From: an uncultured virus (IMG/VR IMGVR_UViG_2860841867_000002)
Lineage: Duplodnaviria > Heunggongvirae > Uroviricota > Caudoviricetes
Direction: 5' to 3' (one strand)
DNA length: 64,000 nt
IMG/VR virus record: IMGVR_UViG_2860841867_000002
Coordinates: 1-64,000 of that record
A model generated the notes under the pieces. It had not been told where the DNA came from. It searched no databases and saw only the letters and a list, made by a program, of their open reading frames with translations. Position numbers and translations under genes: made by a program. Within the stretch, counting starts at the first letter, position 1, and the number at the start of each line of letters is the position of its first letter. Of this stretch, positions 28,608-36,628 are shown in pieces.

Positions 28608-29156
28608 CTAATTACGCTCCTTTCTGCGACGCTTCGGCAAGTACACACTGAAGTCCGGTCGCACCGTTTCGCCGAACTCATTAACGATATATCCATCGTC
28701 AGTTATGTGCGGACAGAACGACGGAAAGTACCACTTGAAACGCTTTGTCCCTTCGTAATGTCCGGTCGTCCGTATGATCCCGTTAGTCTCTAAGATCGCG
28801 GCCAGCAGATTAATCCGGTTACGATCGACGCGAAGGTGCTGCTGAATAGTTTCGTAGTTTAAGAAGCAAGCGCCGAACCTATCGTTAAGGCTTCCGTCAC
28901 TGCGCGTATAGTTACCGTCGATATACGATTGCAGCAGAAAGTAAAACGCCACAACATCGCGAATCTCAGGCTTTCGTTTGTAATCGGCATAGACTACGTC
29001 ATAAGCTTCGTTAATTAGGCGCGGAAATACCTTGCGCATAAGCTCCCGACTGTATACCTCGAACCCTTGCGGATTGTCTAAGAGCGCGGCTTTGTCATTC
29101 GGCATTGGCTTGCGGTCTGGTTGGTCTCTGTTGTTCAGCGCTACAACGTTACTCAT
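28608..29156 (-). CDS. Winged-helix DNA-binding protein, replication-initiator-like
   Basis: CFLNYETIQQHLRVDRNRI...LETNGII. Confidence 0.55.
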   Translation of the reverse strand: MSNVVALNNRDQPDRKPMPNDKAALLDNPQGFEVYSRELMRKVFPRLINEAYDVVYADYKRKPEIRDVVAFYFLLQSYIDGNYTRSDGSLNDRFGACFLNYETIQQHLRVDRNRINLLAAILETNGIIRTTGHYEGTKRFKWYFPSFCPHITDDGYIVNEFGETVRPDFSVYLPKRRRKERN

Positions 29157-29527
29157 CCGCCCCCCTCCTCTACGTAAGTAACTTCGTATGCATTATCGAT
29201 AACCCACCGAAACATTGGATCGTTTACAATCGGATTATCCGCGTAGCCCGGTAGCATAAATAGCGCAACGTATTCCGGATTTATGCCGTCCAGTACGTAA
29301 GGATTACGCGATACAAATTGCGTGTACTTATAGTTCGGATACCTCGTTTTCACACGTTTCCACATCGTTTTGGCTTCGCTAACGGTCCGTCCTACAACGA
29401 GAGCGCATCGCCATTTCTCTTTCGGTTTAGGGCCGTCGGACAGAGCGAAAAAGGCTTGGCGCAATTGATCGAGCTGTTCGTCGTATTCATCGCTGGCGGT
29501 AAGTTTAACGGTTATTTTACCGCTCAT
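29153..29527 (-). CDS. Hypothetical protein
   Basis: Translationally coupled to both neighbours. Confidence 0.7.
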   Translation of the reverse strand: MSGKITVKLTASDEYDEQLDQLRQAFFALSDGPKPKEKWRCALVVGRTVSEAKTMWKRVKTRYPNYKYTQFVSRNPYVLDGINPEYVALFMLPGYADNPIVNDPMFRWVIDNAYEVTYVEEGGG

Positions 29528-29787
29528 CAGCGCTCCCCCTTCCGGAAGATTTTCGTACTAGCCTCTTCGATCTTCTTACCGTCGACATAGACCGGAGGCG
29601 CAATATACTCCTCGCCGATATATAACCGCCCTGCCAGATGACCCTTCGCCTGTTCTTCCCGCAATTCAGCCAACGCCTTAGTCGCCGCCTTTGCCTCGCG
29701 TTGGACCGCCTTGAGTCCGGTTATCGCGTCGGATACATCCAAGTCGATTTTAATTTTGCCGATTGATTCGCGCTTTGATTCCGCCAT
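29527..29787 (-). CDS. Hypothetical protein resembling TMP termini
   Basis: AAGGAG RBS; ESIGKIKIDLDVSDAITGLKAVQREAK. Confidence 0.7.
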   Translation of the reverse strand: MAESKRESIGKIKIDLDVSDAITGLKAVQREAKAATKALAELREEQAKGHLAGRLYIGEEYIAPPVYVDGKKIEEASTKIFRKGER

Positions 29788-29899
29788 TCACATCGTCTCC
29801 TTTTTCGTTTCTTTATCGCCTGCGCACCGGAAGGCCCGTAGGCAACGCAAGCACAAAAAGAGCGACCCTTATTCGGAGCGCCCTCGTTCTGATTGCTTT

Positions 29900-30187
29900 T
29901 TATTCGTCAACTCTTTCGTAAGTCTTTTCGAAAATATCCGATTTACACGGGTACAGCTCGCCTTCTACTCCGCGAATAATATAGTCGCCTTCTTTAGCGA
30001 TCATAACGCCTTCTAGCGTTTTAATTTCGCACCAAAGTCCTTCGTTAGGTTCAAACGGGCTCCCGCTTTCATACGCCGCATGTGTAATAACGTCATTACT
30101 CGTTACTTTGTCGTGGAACCAATCCGGCCATGGTGCGCCATATTTAAACGCCTCAACTACAACCGGCTTTTTACGGTATTTCGCCAC
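29900..30187 (-). CDS. Conserved small phage protein (PGDYG-like)
   Basis: KYRKKPVVVEA...TLEG...GDYIIRGVEGELYPCKSDIFEKTYE. Confidence 0.8.
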   Translation of the reverse strand: MAKYRKKPVVVEAFKYGAPWPDWFHDKVTSNDVITHAAYESGSPFEPNEGLWCEIKTLEGVMIAKEGDYIIRGVEGELYPCKSDIFEKTYERVDE

Positions 30188-30211
30188 CCTTACGTCCCTC
30201 CCTTCGAATTT

Positions 30212-30284
30212 ACACGAAATTAGCGTTTCTAACCGTCACCCTACCGAATACCCTCGGCCAAGGCTAAAACGTCTAATTTCGTGT
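30212..30284. repeat. Palindromic element, copy 1
   Basis: ACACGAAATTAG...CTAATTTCGTGT; related copy at 32255-32335. Confidence 0.7.
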
Positions 30285-30308
30285 GATTTGCGCGTGAAAA
30301 TCGTTACG

Positions 30309-30471
30309 CTATTCCGTTTTGTATTCGTCAATAACTCCGCAAATGTACGCATCAACCACCGTTATAGGATTCGTTAGTGGTCCGTTCTTCGAAATCAACG
30401 AGAGCATCTTCGTAATTGTCGTAGATCGCTTGGCTAGCGTCACAATAGTCGCTGAATACTATGTACTTCAT
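30309..30471 (-). pseudogene. Small ORF with a probable 1-nt frameshift
   Basis: GGAGGTG RBS; 39-aa ORF stops at 30352 and an adjacent frame continues VDAYICGVIDEYKTE to TAG at 30309. Confidence 0.35.
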
Positions 30472-30569
30472 ACGAGAACACCTCCGTTTATATACAGCCG
30501 CAATATGTACTAAAAGGACGCCAAGTGTGCGGCTAATGCCCGTTGTTGCTCCGTAGTTGTAGCGTCCTT

Positions 30570-30601
30570 CTCATAACGTATAGACAACTACGTAGGTAAA
30601 A
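30570..30601 (-). promoter_or_regulatory. Putative phage-specific promoter/regulatory motif, copy 1
   Basis: CTCATAACGTATAGACAACTA-N4-GGTAAAA, near-identical to 36589-36620; heads the late transcription unit. Confidence 0.65.
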
Positions 30602-30856
30602 GTTGATATATTAACGGAATATTTTCGCATGTTTTAAACCTAGCGTCCACTCCGTCGCTTACGCTCCTCCGTGTCCGCGGATATTATTAAGACCTTTATC
30701 GCGATACAATTATTTATACAATATACATGATTGCGTTTCTGCGGGACGGAGTGAAACGTAGTTCCCGCTAGTCTTCGGATTCAGAAGACTAAGAAGTGAT
30801 TGCGGACTAAAAATCGCCGAATCCCTTGCGGCTGTAAGCACAAACCCTATTTTCGG

Positions 30857-30908
30857 TTGTGCGAATAAAGTCGTGTTTTTGGCCGATTTGTGCGAATAAG
30901 ATCGTGTT
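30857..30908. repeat. Two 21-nt direct repeats (iteron-like)
   Basis: TTGTGCGAATAAAGTCGTGTT and TTGTGCGAATAAGATCGTGTT, period 31. Confidence 0.75.
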
Positions 30909-31038
30909 CATTATCATTTACGTTATTCTAATTGAGAATACGCCGGTAATCATCCGACATCCCACCGTCATATCCACCGCATCATTATTCGTATAAACGT
31001 ATAAATATACGATATCAACACGAAGAAATAGACGCCAA

Positions 31039-31257
31039 TCATTCGTCAGCGTCTTCGATTCTCACCTCGAATAACTCTTCGACACCCACTCCGAGTGTTC
31101 TCGCAAGGGCAAATACGTGCCAATCGAGATGCCTTTCGTTTTTATCGAACCGGCTAATGCTTCCTTGCGGAACTCCTGACGCTTCAGACAGCGGAATTTG
31201 CTTCCACCCTTTCGCGTTCATTACCTCCGACAGTCGCGGTCTTACCGTTATTTTCAT
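31039..31257 (-). CDS. Xre-family HTH regulator
   Basis: QIPLSEASGVPQGSISRF...LGVGVEELF. Confidence 0.88.
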   Translation of the reverse strand: MKITVRPRLSEVMNAKGWKQIPLSEASGVPQGSISRFDKNERHLDWHVFALARTLGVGVEELFEVRIEDADE

Positions 31258-31318
31258 CCGTACTCACCTCGTTTTGTTAATTCGATTATACGATAACGAA
31301 TAAATTTTCGCAAATCAA

Positions 31319-31347
31319 TTGACATACGTTATGCGATATCGTATATT
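31319..31347 (+). promoter_or_regulatory. SigA-type promoter
   Basis: TTGACA-17 nt-TATATT, followed by AAAGGAGGTG RBS. Confidence 0.85.
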
Positions 31348-31374
31348 TAAGGTAACGAAAGGAGGTGAACGTAA

Positions 31375-31521
31375 TTGATTGACACCGTGATGAAACTTTC
31401 GGCAATCGTCGCAACTTGGCTCGGAATTCTAAAAATCGTCTTAGAAATCCGGAAGATGCGAAAGGAATCCGAAAGTAAAGAGCGACGGCCTCCGACCAAG
31501 AAGCACCGTCGCCGACAATAA
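31375..31521 (+). CDS. Small membrane peptide with basic tail (48 aa)
   Basis: MIDTVMKLSAIVATWLGILKIVLEIRKMRKESESKERRPPTKKHRRRQ; near-perfect RBS; not in track. Confidence 0.8.
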   Translation: MIDTVMKLSAIVATWLGILKIVLEIRKMRKESESKERRPPTKKHRRRQ

Positions 31522-31565
31522 ACACCGAGGGGCATTGCGCCCCTTGTCAATCAATTATAACACGA

Positions 31566-31727
31566 ATGAAACGAATTGATACCACGGAAATTTTGTTAAT
31601 CGTCGTCTTGCTCGCCTGGATTGCGGATATGAACTTCGGCCGGCTTTCCGTCCTGGACTGCGTCGGCCTCGGCTCAGCCGTCGTTTTTATCGCGCTTCTA
31701 TTCTTTATATCGAGGAGGAATCGGTAA
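31566..31727 (+). CDS. Small two-TM protein (53 aa)
   Basis: MKRIDTTEILLIVVLLAWI...VVFIALLFFISRRNR; TAATG overlap with next gene; no clear RBS. Confidence 0.6.
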   Translation: MKRIDTTEILLIVVLLAWIADMNFGRLSVLDCVGLGSAVVFIALLFFISRRNR

Positions 31728-31927
31728 TGACGCTTTATATAAAACGCTTGTGGTCCGACACACCGCCGCTGAAGCCGCAGCAGGCCGATCAACTTCTCGA
31801 TCTATATCAACGCCCTATTACGTCATTTAAAGACGCAGGCAAAGCGTATCAGATCGGCTTCAATACTGCACTCACGTGTCTCGGCTATCTAATCGCAAAC
31901 AAATACGGAGGTAATGACGATGAATAA
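31727..31927 (+). CDS. Hypothetical protein
   Basis: GAGGAGG RBS. Confidence 0.7.
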   Translation: MTLYIKRLWSDTPPLKPQQADQLLDLYQRPITSFKDAGKAYQIGFNTALTCLGYLIANKYGGNDDE

Positions 31928-32252
31928 AACGAAACTCTTAACGGCCATCCTCGGCCTATCACTCGCAGGCAACGCGGCTCTCGGAATCTACGCTGCCAAA
32001 CTAAACGAAGATGTCGATATTGCTTATCGTGTGGCTGACGACATGGCAGCCGAAGCTAAGGACGCTCAGGAAACGATCGAGCGCGAATATATTGTCGAAG
32101 GGAAAGACTACGCGGTATCAGCGGACGACGGCGGCTTCTCTTTCGATCCACAAGCCACAGACGCAAAGCCAGGCGATCGGATCATCGTGACTTTTACGAA
32201 GGATCAGTACGAAAATGGCAGCGGATTTAAGGCGATTAAGGTTATCGAATAA
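31914..32252 (+). CDS. Secreted or membrane-anchored hypothetical protein
   Basis: N-terminal signal-like segment, OB-like C-terminus. Confidence 0.7.
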   Translation: MTMNKTKLLTAILGLSLAGNAALGIYAAKLNEDVDIAYRVADDMAAEAKDAQETIEREYIVEGKDYAVSADDGGFSFDPQATDAKPGDRIIVTFTKDQYENGSGFKAIKVIE

Positions 32253-32254
32253 CA

Positions 32255-32335
32255 CACGAAATCAGGCGTTAAGCGGCCGCCGATACCTAATATACCAGCA
32301 ATACTTTCCGGCGGCTCCTACGCTTTAATTTCGTG
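32255..32335. repeat. Palindromic element, copy 2
   Basis: CACGAAAT...TACCTAATATACC...ATTTCGTG. Confidence 0.65.
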
Positions 32336-32489
32336 GGAAAATCGTTCGAAGGGCGAACGGCAAGTAGACCGGAAAAGCCTACGCAAACTGTTTAAATGCC
32401 GGAATAATTTACCGCAACCGAATCGCTTTGTCTCGGCGGACTCTTACTATATCATTATAGTAACTACGCTGAAACGAGGTGATTCTTTT

Positions 32490-33299
32490 TTGTTTATTTC
32501 GCCCATGCTGCTTGAATCCGCAAAGGAGCCGTTTAACTCTGACGACTATATCACGGAAACCAAATTCGATGGCATCCGCCTGATCGCGTCTAGGAATAAC
32601 GGTTTAATCCGCCTCTACACACGCCACAACAACGAAGTCACCACTAAATTTCCGGAACTATTAACGCTCGACATACCGGACGGCACCATATTAGACGGCG
32701 AGCTTATCGTGCCAGGTCCGACGGGCGCCGGCGATTTCGAGGCCGTCATGGAACGGTTCCAGTCGCGAAAAAGTTATCATCCGATAGTATTTTGCGTTTT
32801 TGATGTCCTGCGGATAAAAGGCGTTTCAGTTACGTCTAAGCCGCTAGGTGAACGAAAAGAATTGCTGGCCGGTCTAAAACTCGATCATCCTAACGTTAAA
32901 GTAGTCGAAGGTGTTCACGGCCATGCTGCGGATTATTTCGAATTGGTCTGCAAAAATAAAATCGAGGGCATCGTTATGAAGCGGGTAGACGCGCCGTATA
33001 CGGAAAATAAGCGGTCAGATCGCTGGCTGAAGATCGTAAACTACGAATATACTGACGTTTGGATTACGGGACTCCGTAAGGAAGATAATGCGCTGCTGCT
33101 TTCATACCTGGACGGCCAGTATGCCGGCGTGATGGAGTTTATGCCGTACGATGCGCGACGGAAGTTTCATGCGGGGAGGATAATCGTAGAAGAAACCGAG
33201 AAATACGCCTATATTAAGCCAATTGGGTGCCGCGTCAAGCACCGGTTCAAGACGAAAAATGACTTGCTGCGGATTCCTTCGTTCCATGAATGGCGTTGA
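32490..33299 (+). CDS. ATP-dependent DNA ligase
   Basis: ETKFDGIR, LDGEL, FDVL, EGIVMKR, WLK. Confidence 0.95.
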   Translation: MFISPMLLESAKEPFNSDDYITETKFDGIRLIASRNNGLIRLYTRHNNEVTTKFPELLTLDIPDGTILDGELIVPGPTGAGDFEAVMERFQSRKSYHPIVFCVFDVLRIKGVSVTSKPLGERKELLAGLKLDHPNVKVVEGVHGHAADYFELVCKNKIEGIVMKRVDAPYTENKRSDRWLKIVNYEYTDVWITGLRKEDNALLLSYLDGQYAGVMEFMPYDARRKFHAGRIIVEETEKYAYIKPIGCRVKHRFKTKNDLLRIPSFHEWR

Positions 33300-33346
33300 A
33301 TGTGCCGGTCATTTATCGTATTCTAATATTCGGAGGTTGAGGACGA

Positions 33347-33520
33347 ATGGATTACGAAACAAAAGGCTATGATACGTCAATTGTATACGATTATAAAGAG
33401 TACCCAGACGTCCATTACGGGCGCTGCGATAACTGCGACTATACGCTGTTTAAAAGTTCGGTGAAGGATGGCGTTTTCCTACGTGAGTGTCGACGTTGCG
33501 GTATGAAAAAGAGTATATAA
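33347..33520 (+). CDS. Small zinc-ribbon protein (57 aa)
   Basis: MDYETKGYD...CDNC...CRRCGMKKSI; RBS present; not in track. Confidence 0.8.
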   Translation: MDYETKGYDTSIVYDYKEYPDVHYGRCDNCDYTLFKSSVKDGVFLRECRRCGMKKSI

Positions 33521-33525
33521 ATACG

Positions 33526-33559
33526 AAAAAGGCCCGACTCGATTGAGTGGGCTATTTTT
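33526..33559. terminator. Bidirectional terminator
   Basis: AAAAAGGCCCGACTC-gatt-GAGTGGGCTATTTTT. Confidence 0.7.
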
Positions 33560-33866
33560 CTTCTGCATCTACAGACGAGCTTCCTATCTTATCACTCGCC
33601 GGATCATATAAACCGTCGAACTCTTTAGATTTATCACCGTTCAAATATCCTTCAACGGTGATAGCACCGGTTGGATCAATAAAGTAATCATCATAATAAG
33701 TAATAGTATCAATACCTTTGTACTCATTATGTAGATATTCAGTCATCTTAGTTTTCGCCTTCTCAAAAAGAACAGTTTCTTCTTTTTTCACATCATACTG
33801 ATGCTTCATAAACAACCCTCCACCTGCTATAATTAACAATAGTAGGATAATAATGTATTTTTTCAA
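33552..33866 (-). CDS. Membrane-anchored protein, DUF1433-like; candidate lipase immunity protein
   Basis: N-terminal TM; YL...YKGI..IT, IDPTGAITVEGYLNGD. Confidence 0.7.
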   Translation of the reverse strand: MKKYIIILLLLIIAGGGLFMKHQYDVKKEETVLFEKAKTKMTEYLHNEYKGIDTITYYDDYFIDPTGAITVEGYLNGDKSKEFDGLYDPASDKIGSSSVDAEEK

Positions 33867-33923
33867 ATGAAATTCATTCCTTTCCTATTATTATTTTACA
33901 TTACACGGAAGGTGTTGTATATC

Positions 33924-35363
33924 TTGAGTAAGAAGATTAAGAAGTCCAATCTTACGGATGAGACTTATTATCGTATAAGCCAACGTTCTTACAACTACGA
34001 TTATCTCAGAAAAAAATTAAAAAACAAAGAGTACATACGGATAAATTCATCTGTTTCCGGAGCCACCTACTGGTATGTTGATAAAATTAAAACAGACGAA
34101 GACACCGGGTTAGATGCGGCCGTTCTATCCCAGGCCGAAAATAAAAACGGCAAGTGGGTGAAATCCGACCACCCCAAAAACGTCGTTGTAGCTTTTGCGG
34201 GAACTGATCCGGGGAAGGACCCGTTAAGTGACGTAGAGCAAGCAGACATTAATCATATCGTCTTAGGAAACGATCCGAAAGATAAAACACAATATGTCGT
34301 CAAGAAAGATGCGAAAGATATGTCTAAGACGTTCGGTAGATATATTGGTTCGATGGAACAAACTGCCATGCTTGAGTCCGGTGATTATAAATTAATTACA
34401 AAAACATCGCAAATCGATCAAGCCGATCAACTTGTGCGGGAAGTTAAACAAAAGTATAAAGGCACCTCGACAGTTATTTCAACCACCGGACACTCGCTCG
34501 GCGGCGCAGAGGCTGAATACAGCGCGGTCAACAATGATATCTATGCCGTCGCGTTTAATAGCCCCTCAATCGTTCACCTGCATTCTGATGAAAAACAGAA
34601 AGAAATTAATAACGGAGATTATAACTCTTATGTAAAATCTATCATTAATCCGGATGATATGGTCGGTGCCGGTTGGTGGGACGAATTCGATCGCCACAAT
34701 GGGACTACCATCTACACAAAAGACCCTTCTATTGCAACGGCTAATCGCGAAGAAAGACTTGACGGCAATAAACTCCAACAGGTTGGAAGAAACCTTCTGT
34801 ATTTCGCTAATACACTAATCTTTCAAAATCCGGATACACACGGCCTCAACAAAGGCAACTTTACCTTCGACGAAAACGGCAACGTTCAAAATATAGAGGG
34901 CGATGAACTCGTTTATGACAAAAATTTAAAAGCGATGCTCCCACCGGAAGTTGCCTCCGGAAGTGGCGCAATTAAAGTAACACCCGAAGTTGCCAAGCAG
35001 CTCGCGCAAAAAGTAAATGCGATCATCGATGACTTGCGGACGATGAAACGGGAAGCCGAAAACGCTTATCAGGAACACGACGCCGAGATCAACGACCTGA
35101 AGCACGATACCTACCGTCAGGTCGGCCACGGTTTATACGACAAGCTGACACTCGAGGATGTAAACAATACGCTGAAAAACCTGGCGCAGTCGTTTGACAA
35201 AAAAGGCAATCCGCTATTTTACGATGTTCATGCCGAAAAAGCGTACATCGCCTCATTAAAAAATACGATTTCAGATTTAGAAGACATCAGCGGGTACCTG
35301 GCGCAGATTGCAAAAGATTTTAAATCGAAAGATAAAATGCTGGCAAATTGGCTTAAACTTTAG
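33924..35363 (+). CDS. Lipase-domain protein with C-terminal helical (WXG/LXG-like) region; candidate T7SS toxin
   Basis: VAFAGT, TGHSLGG, FNSP, DMVG, H; then IKVTPE... helices ending DFKSKD; TTG at 33924 has RBS (track start 33867). Confidence 0.8.
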   Translation: MSKKIKKSNLTDETYYRISQRSYNYDYLRKKLKNKEYIRINSSVSGATYWYVDKIKTDEDTGLDAAVLSQAENKNGKWVKSDHPKNVVVAFAGTDPGKDPLSDVEQADINHIVLGNDPKDKTQYVVKKDAKDMSKTFGRYIGSMEQTAMLESGDYKLITKTSQIDQADQLVREVKQKYKGTSTVISTTGHSLGGAEAEYSAVNNDIYAVAFNSPSIVHLHSDEKQKEINNGDYNSYVKSIINPDDMVGAGWWDEFDRHNGTTIYTKDPSIATANREERLDGNKLQQVGRNLLYFANTLIFQNPDTHGLNKGNFTFDENGNVQNIEGDELVYDKNLKAMLPPEVASGSGAIKVTPEVAKQLAQKVNAIIDDLRTMKREAENAYQEHDAEINDLKHDTYRQVGHGLYDKLTLEDVNNTLKNLAQSFDKKGNPLFYDVHAEKAYIASLKNTISDLEDISGYLAQIAKDFKSKDKMLANWLKL

Positions 35364-35374
35364 GAGATGAAACA

Positions 35375-35707
35375 ATGGAAAATTTCAACAAACTGGCTTC
35401 ACTCAACAACTTAAACGGAGATCAAGAAGATACCCTCTTCATACGGCGCAACCAGCTTCAAATGCTGAAAACGGGCATGAGAGTAACGGCCGCAACTAAG
35501 CTTGAAGGCATTAAAACGACACTAAGACCGAAGTTTAAAATAGGCGATATACAAAAAGAAATGAACAGCGTTTATTCATCGCTTCTCTACAGCTTCGAAG
35601 GAAAAGCGCAAGAGGCGCTTGCTCAACGAATCAGCCAAAGCGCCCAGCAGCTTATTAACACGGAGAAAGACGGAGAGAGCTTTGTGAACGGATTTAAGAC
35701 GAGATAG
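35375..35707 (+). CDS. Small helical WXG100-like partner protein
   Basis: 110 aa; helix-SFEGKAQEA-helix; AGGAG RBS just after lipase gene. Confidence 0.6.
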   Translation: MENFNKLASLNNLNGDQEDTLFIRRNQLQMLKTGMRVTAATKLEGIKTTLRPKFKIGDIQKEMNSVYSSLLYSFEGKAQEALAQRISQSAQQLINTEKDGESFVNGFKTR

Positions 35708-35733
35708 AGGCGCCAGTCTAAGGCGCTTTTTTT
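35708..35733 (+). terminator. Intrinsic terminator
   Basis: AGGCGCC-agtctaa-GGCGCTT followed by a T run. Confidence 0.75.
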
Positions 35734-35740
35734 CGTTCAT

Positions 35741-36541
35741 CTACGGCTTATTAACGTTAAACATCGCAAGTAGCGTCTTATCCGGCGCCTTTGACTGACG
35801 ATAAAACACGTTAGGATTAAACGTATATCGTTCCGGCTCGCCACCGACCTTTATTCGCGCGACAACGAATTCGCCGTCGAATTTCATCTGCTTCAGGCGT
35901 CGGCCAAGCGTGTCGGGCGTTACTCCGATAGCGGCCGCCAGCTCTTTCTTATTGAACCAACGAATATGCTTCGGATTCTTTTCGAAAGGATTTTCGCAAA
36001 GGGCATTTGTTTCGTAGTGAACGAACGGCAGCATCCGGTAGATCAGACCGATGTCTGTCGCCTTCACTTCGCTGTATACCTTCTTAATCTTCGCGGTATA
36101 GAGTTTGACGACGTATTGGCTTCCGAAGTTGCCCTTAAAATGATAGCGTTCGTTCACCGAGTATATGCCGCCTTCTTCCCGGATAATATCATGCGCAGTA
36201 CAGGCGCTCAGGAAATCGTAAAACGTTCGCGGCTTTTTCGCGAGCTGTAGAACGGACATCATATCCGCCGTGGTCATCGGCGTTTTGTCGCGGCTGGATT
36301 TAACGAGAACACCGTTATAGTCAACGTAGCATTGCAGCAGCATCAGATAGCCGCATTGTGCCGTTGTGAGAGCGTCATATACTTCGTGAATGTTCGGCAT
36401 ATTGGCGTTAGAAAAGTCGCGCCTGTCCGTCGTCTGCTTTTGCTGTTCCCGGAAGGCTTCGTCTTGGTTCCGGTGTCTGAGCGTGTAGTCTGTCGATAAA
36501 TCTTCGCCTGTTTCTGCGTTTACTACTCGTAATCTTTTCAA
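35741..36541 (-). CDS. Rep-like DNA-binding protein (tandem winged helix)
   Basis: YSVNERY and YTFNPNVF wing motifs; NKKELAAAIGVTPDTL HTH. Confidence 0.6.
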   Translation of the reverse strand: MKRLRVVNAETGEDLSTDYTLRHRNQDEAFREQQKQTTDRRDFSNANMPNIHEVYDALTTAQCGYLMLLQCYVDYNGVLVKSSRDKTPMTTADMMSVLQLAKKPRTFYDFLSACTAHDIIREEGGIYSVNERYHFKGNFGSQYVVKLYTAKIKKVYSEVKATDIGLIYRMLPFVHYETNALCENPFEKNPKHIRWFNKKELAAAIGVTPDTLGRRLKQMKFDGEFVVARIKVGGEPERYTFNPNVFYRQSKAPDKTLLAMFNVNKP

Positions 36542-36588
36542 AATATCGTCTCCTTTTTCGCAAAATAAAAGAGCGCGGATGTGGCGCC

Positions 36589-36620
36589 CTCATAACGTAT
36601 AGACAGCTAAACGGGTAAAA
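36589..36620 (-). promoter_or_regulatory. Putative phage-specific promoter/regulatory motif, copy 2
   Basis: CTCATAACGTATAGACAGCTA-N4-GGTAAAA upstream of the Rep-like gene. Confidence 0.65.
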
Positions 36621-36628
36621 TAGGCTGT

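Noticed and set aside
31286..31792. Minus-strand track ORFs 31286-31525, 31347-31550 and 31547-31792
   Set aside because: Antisense to the plus-strand small ORFs that have the promoter and RBS
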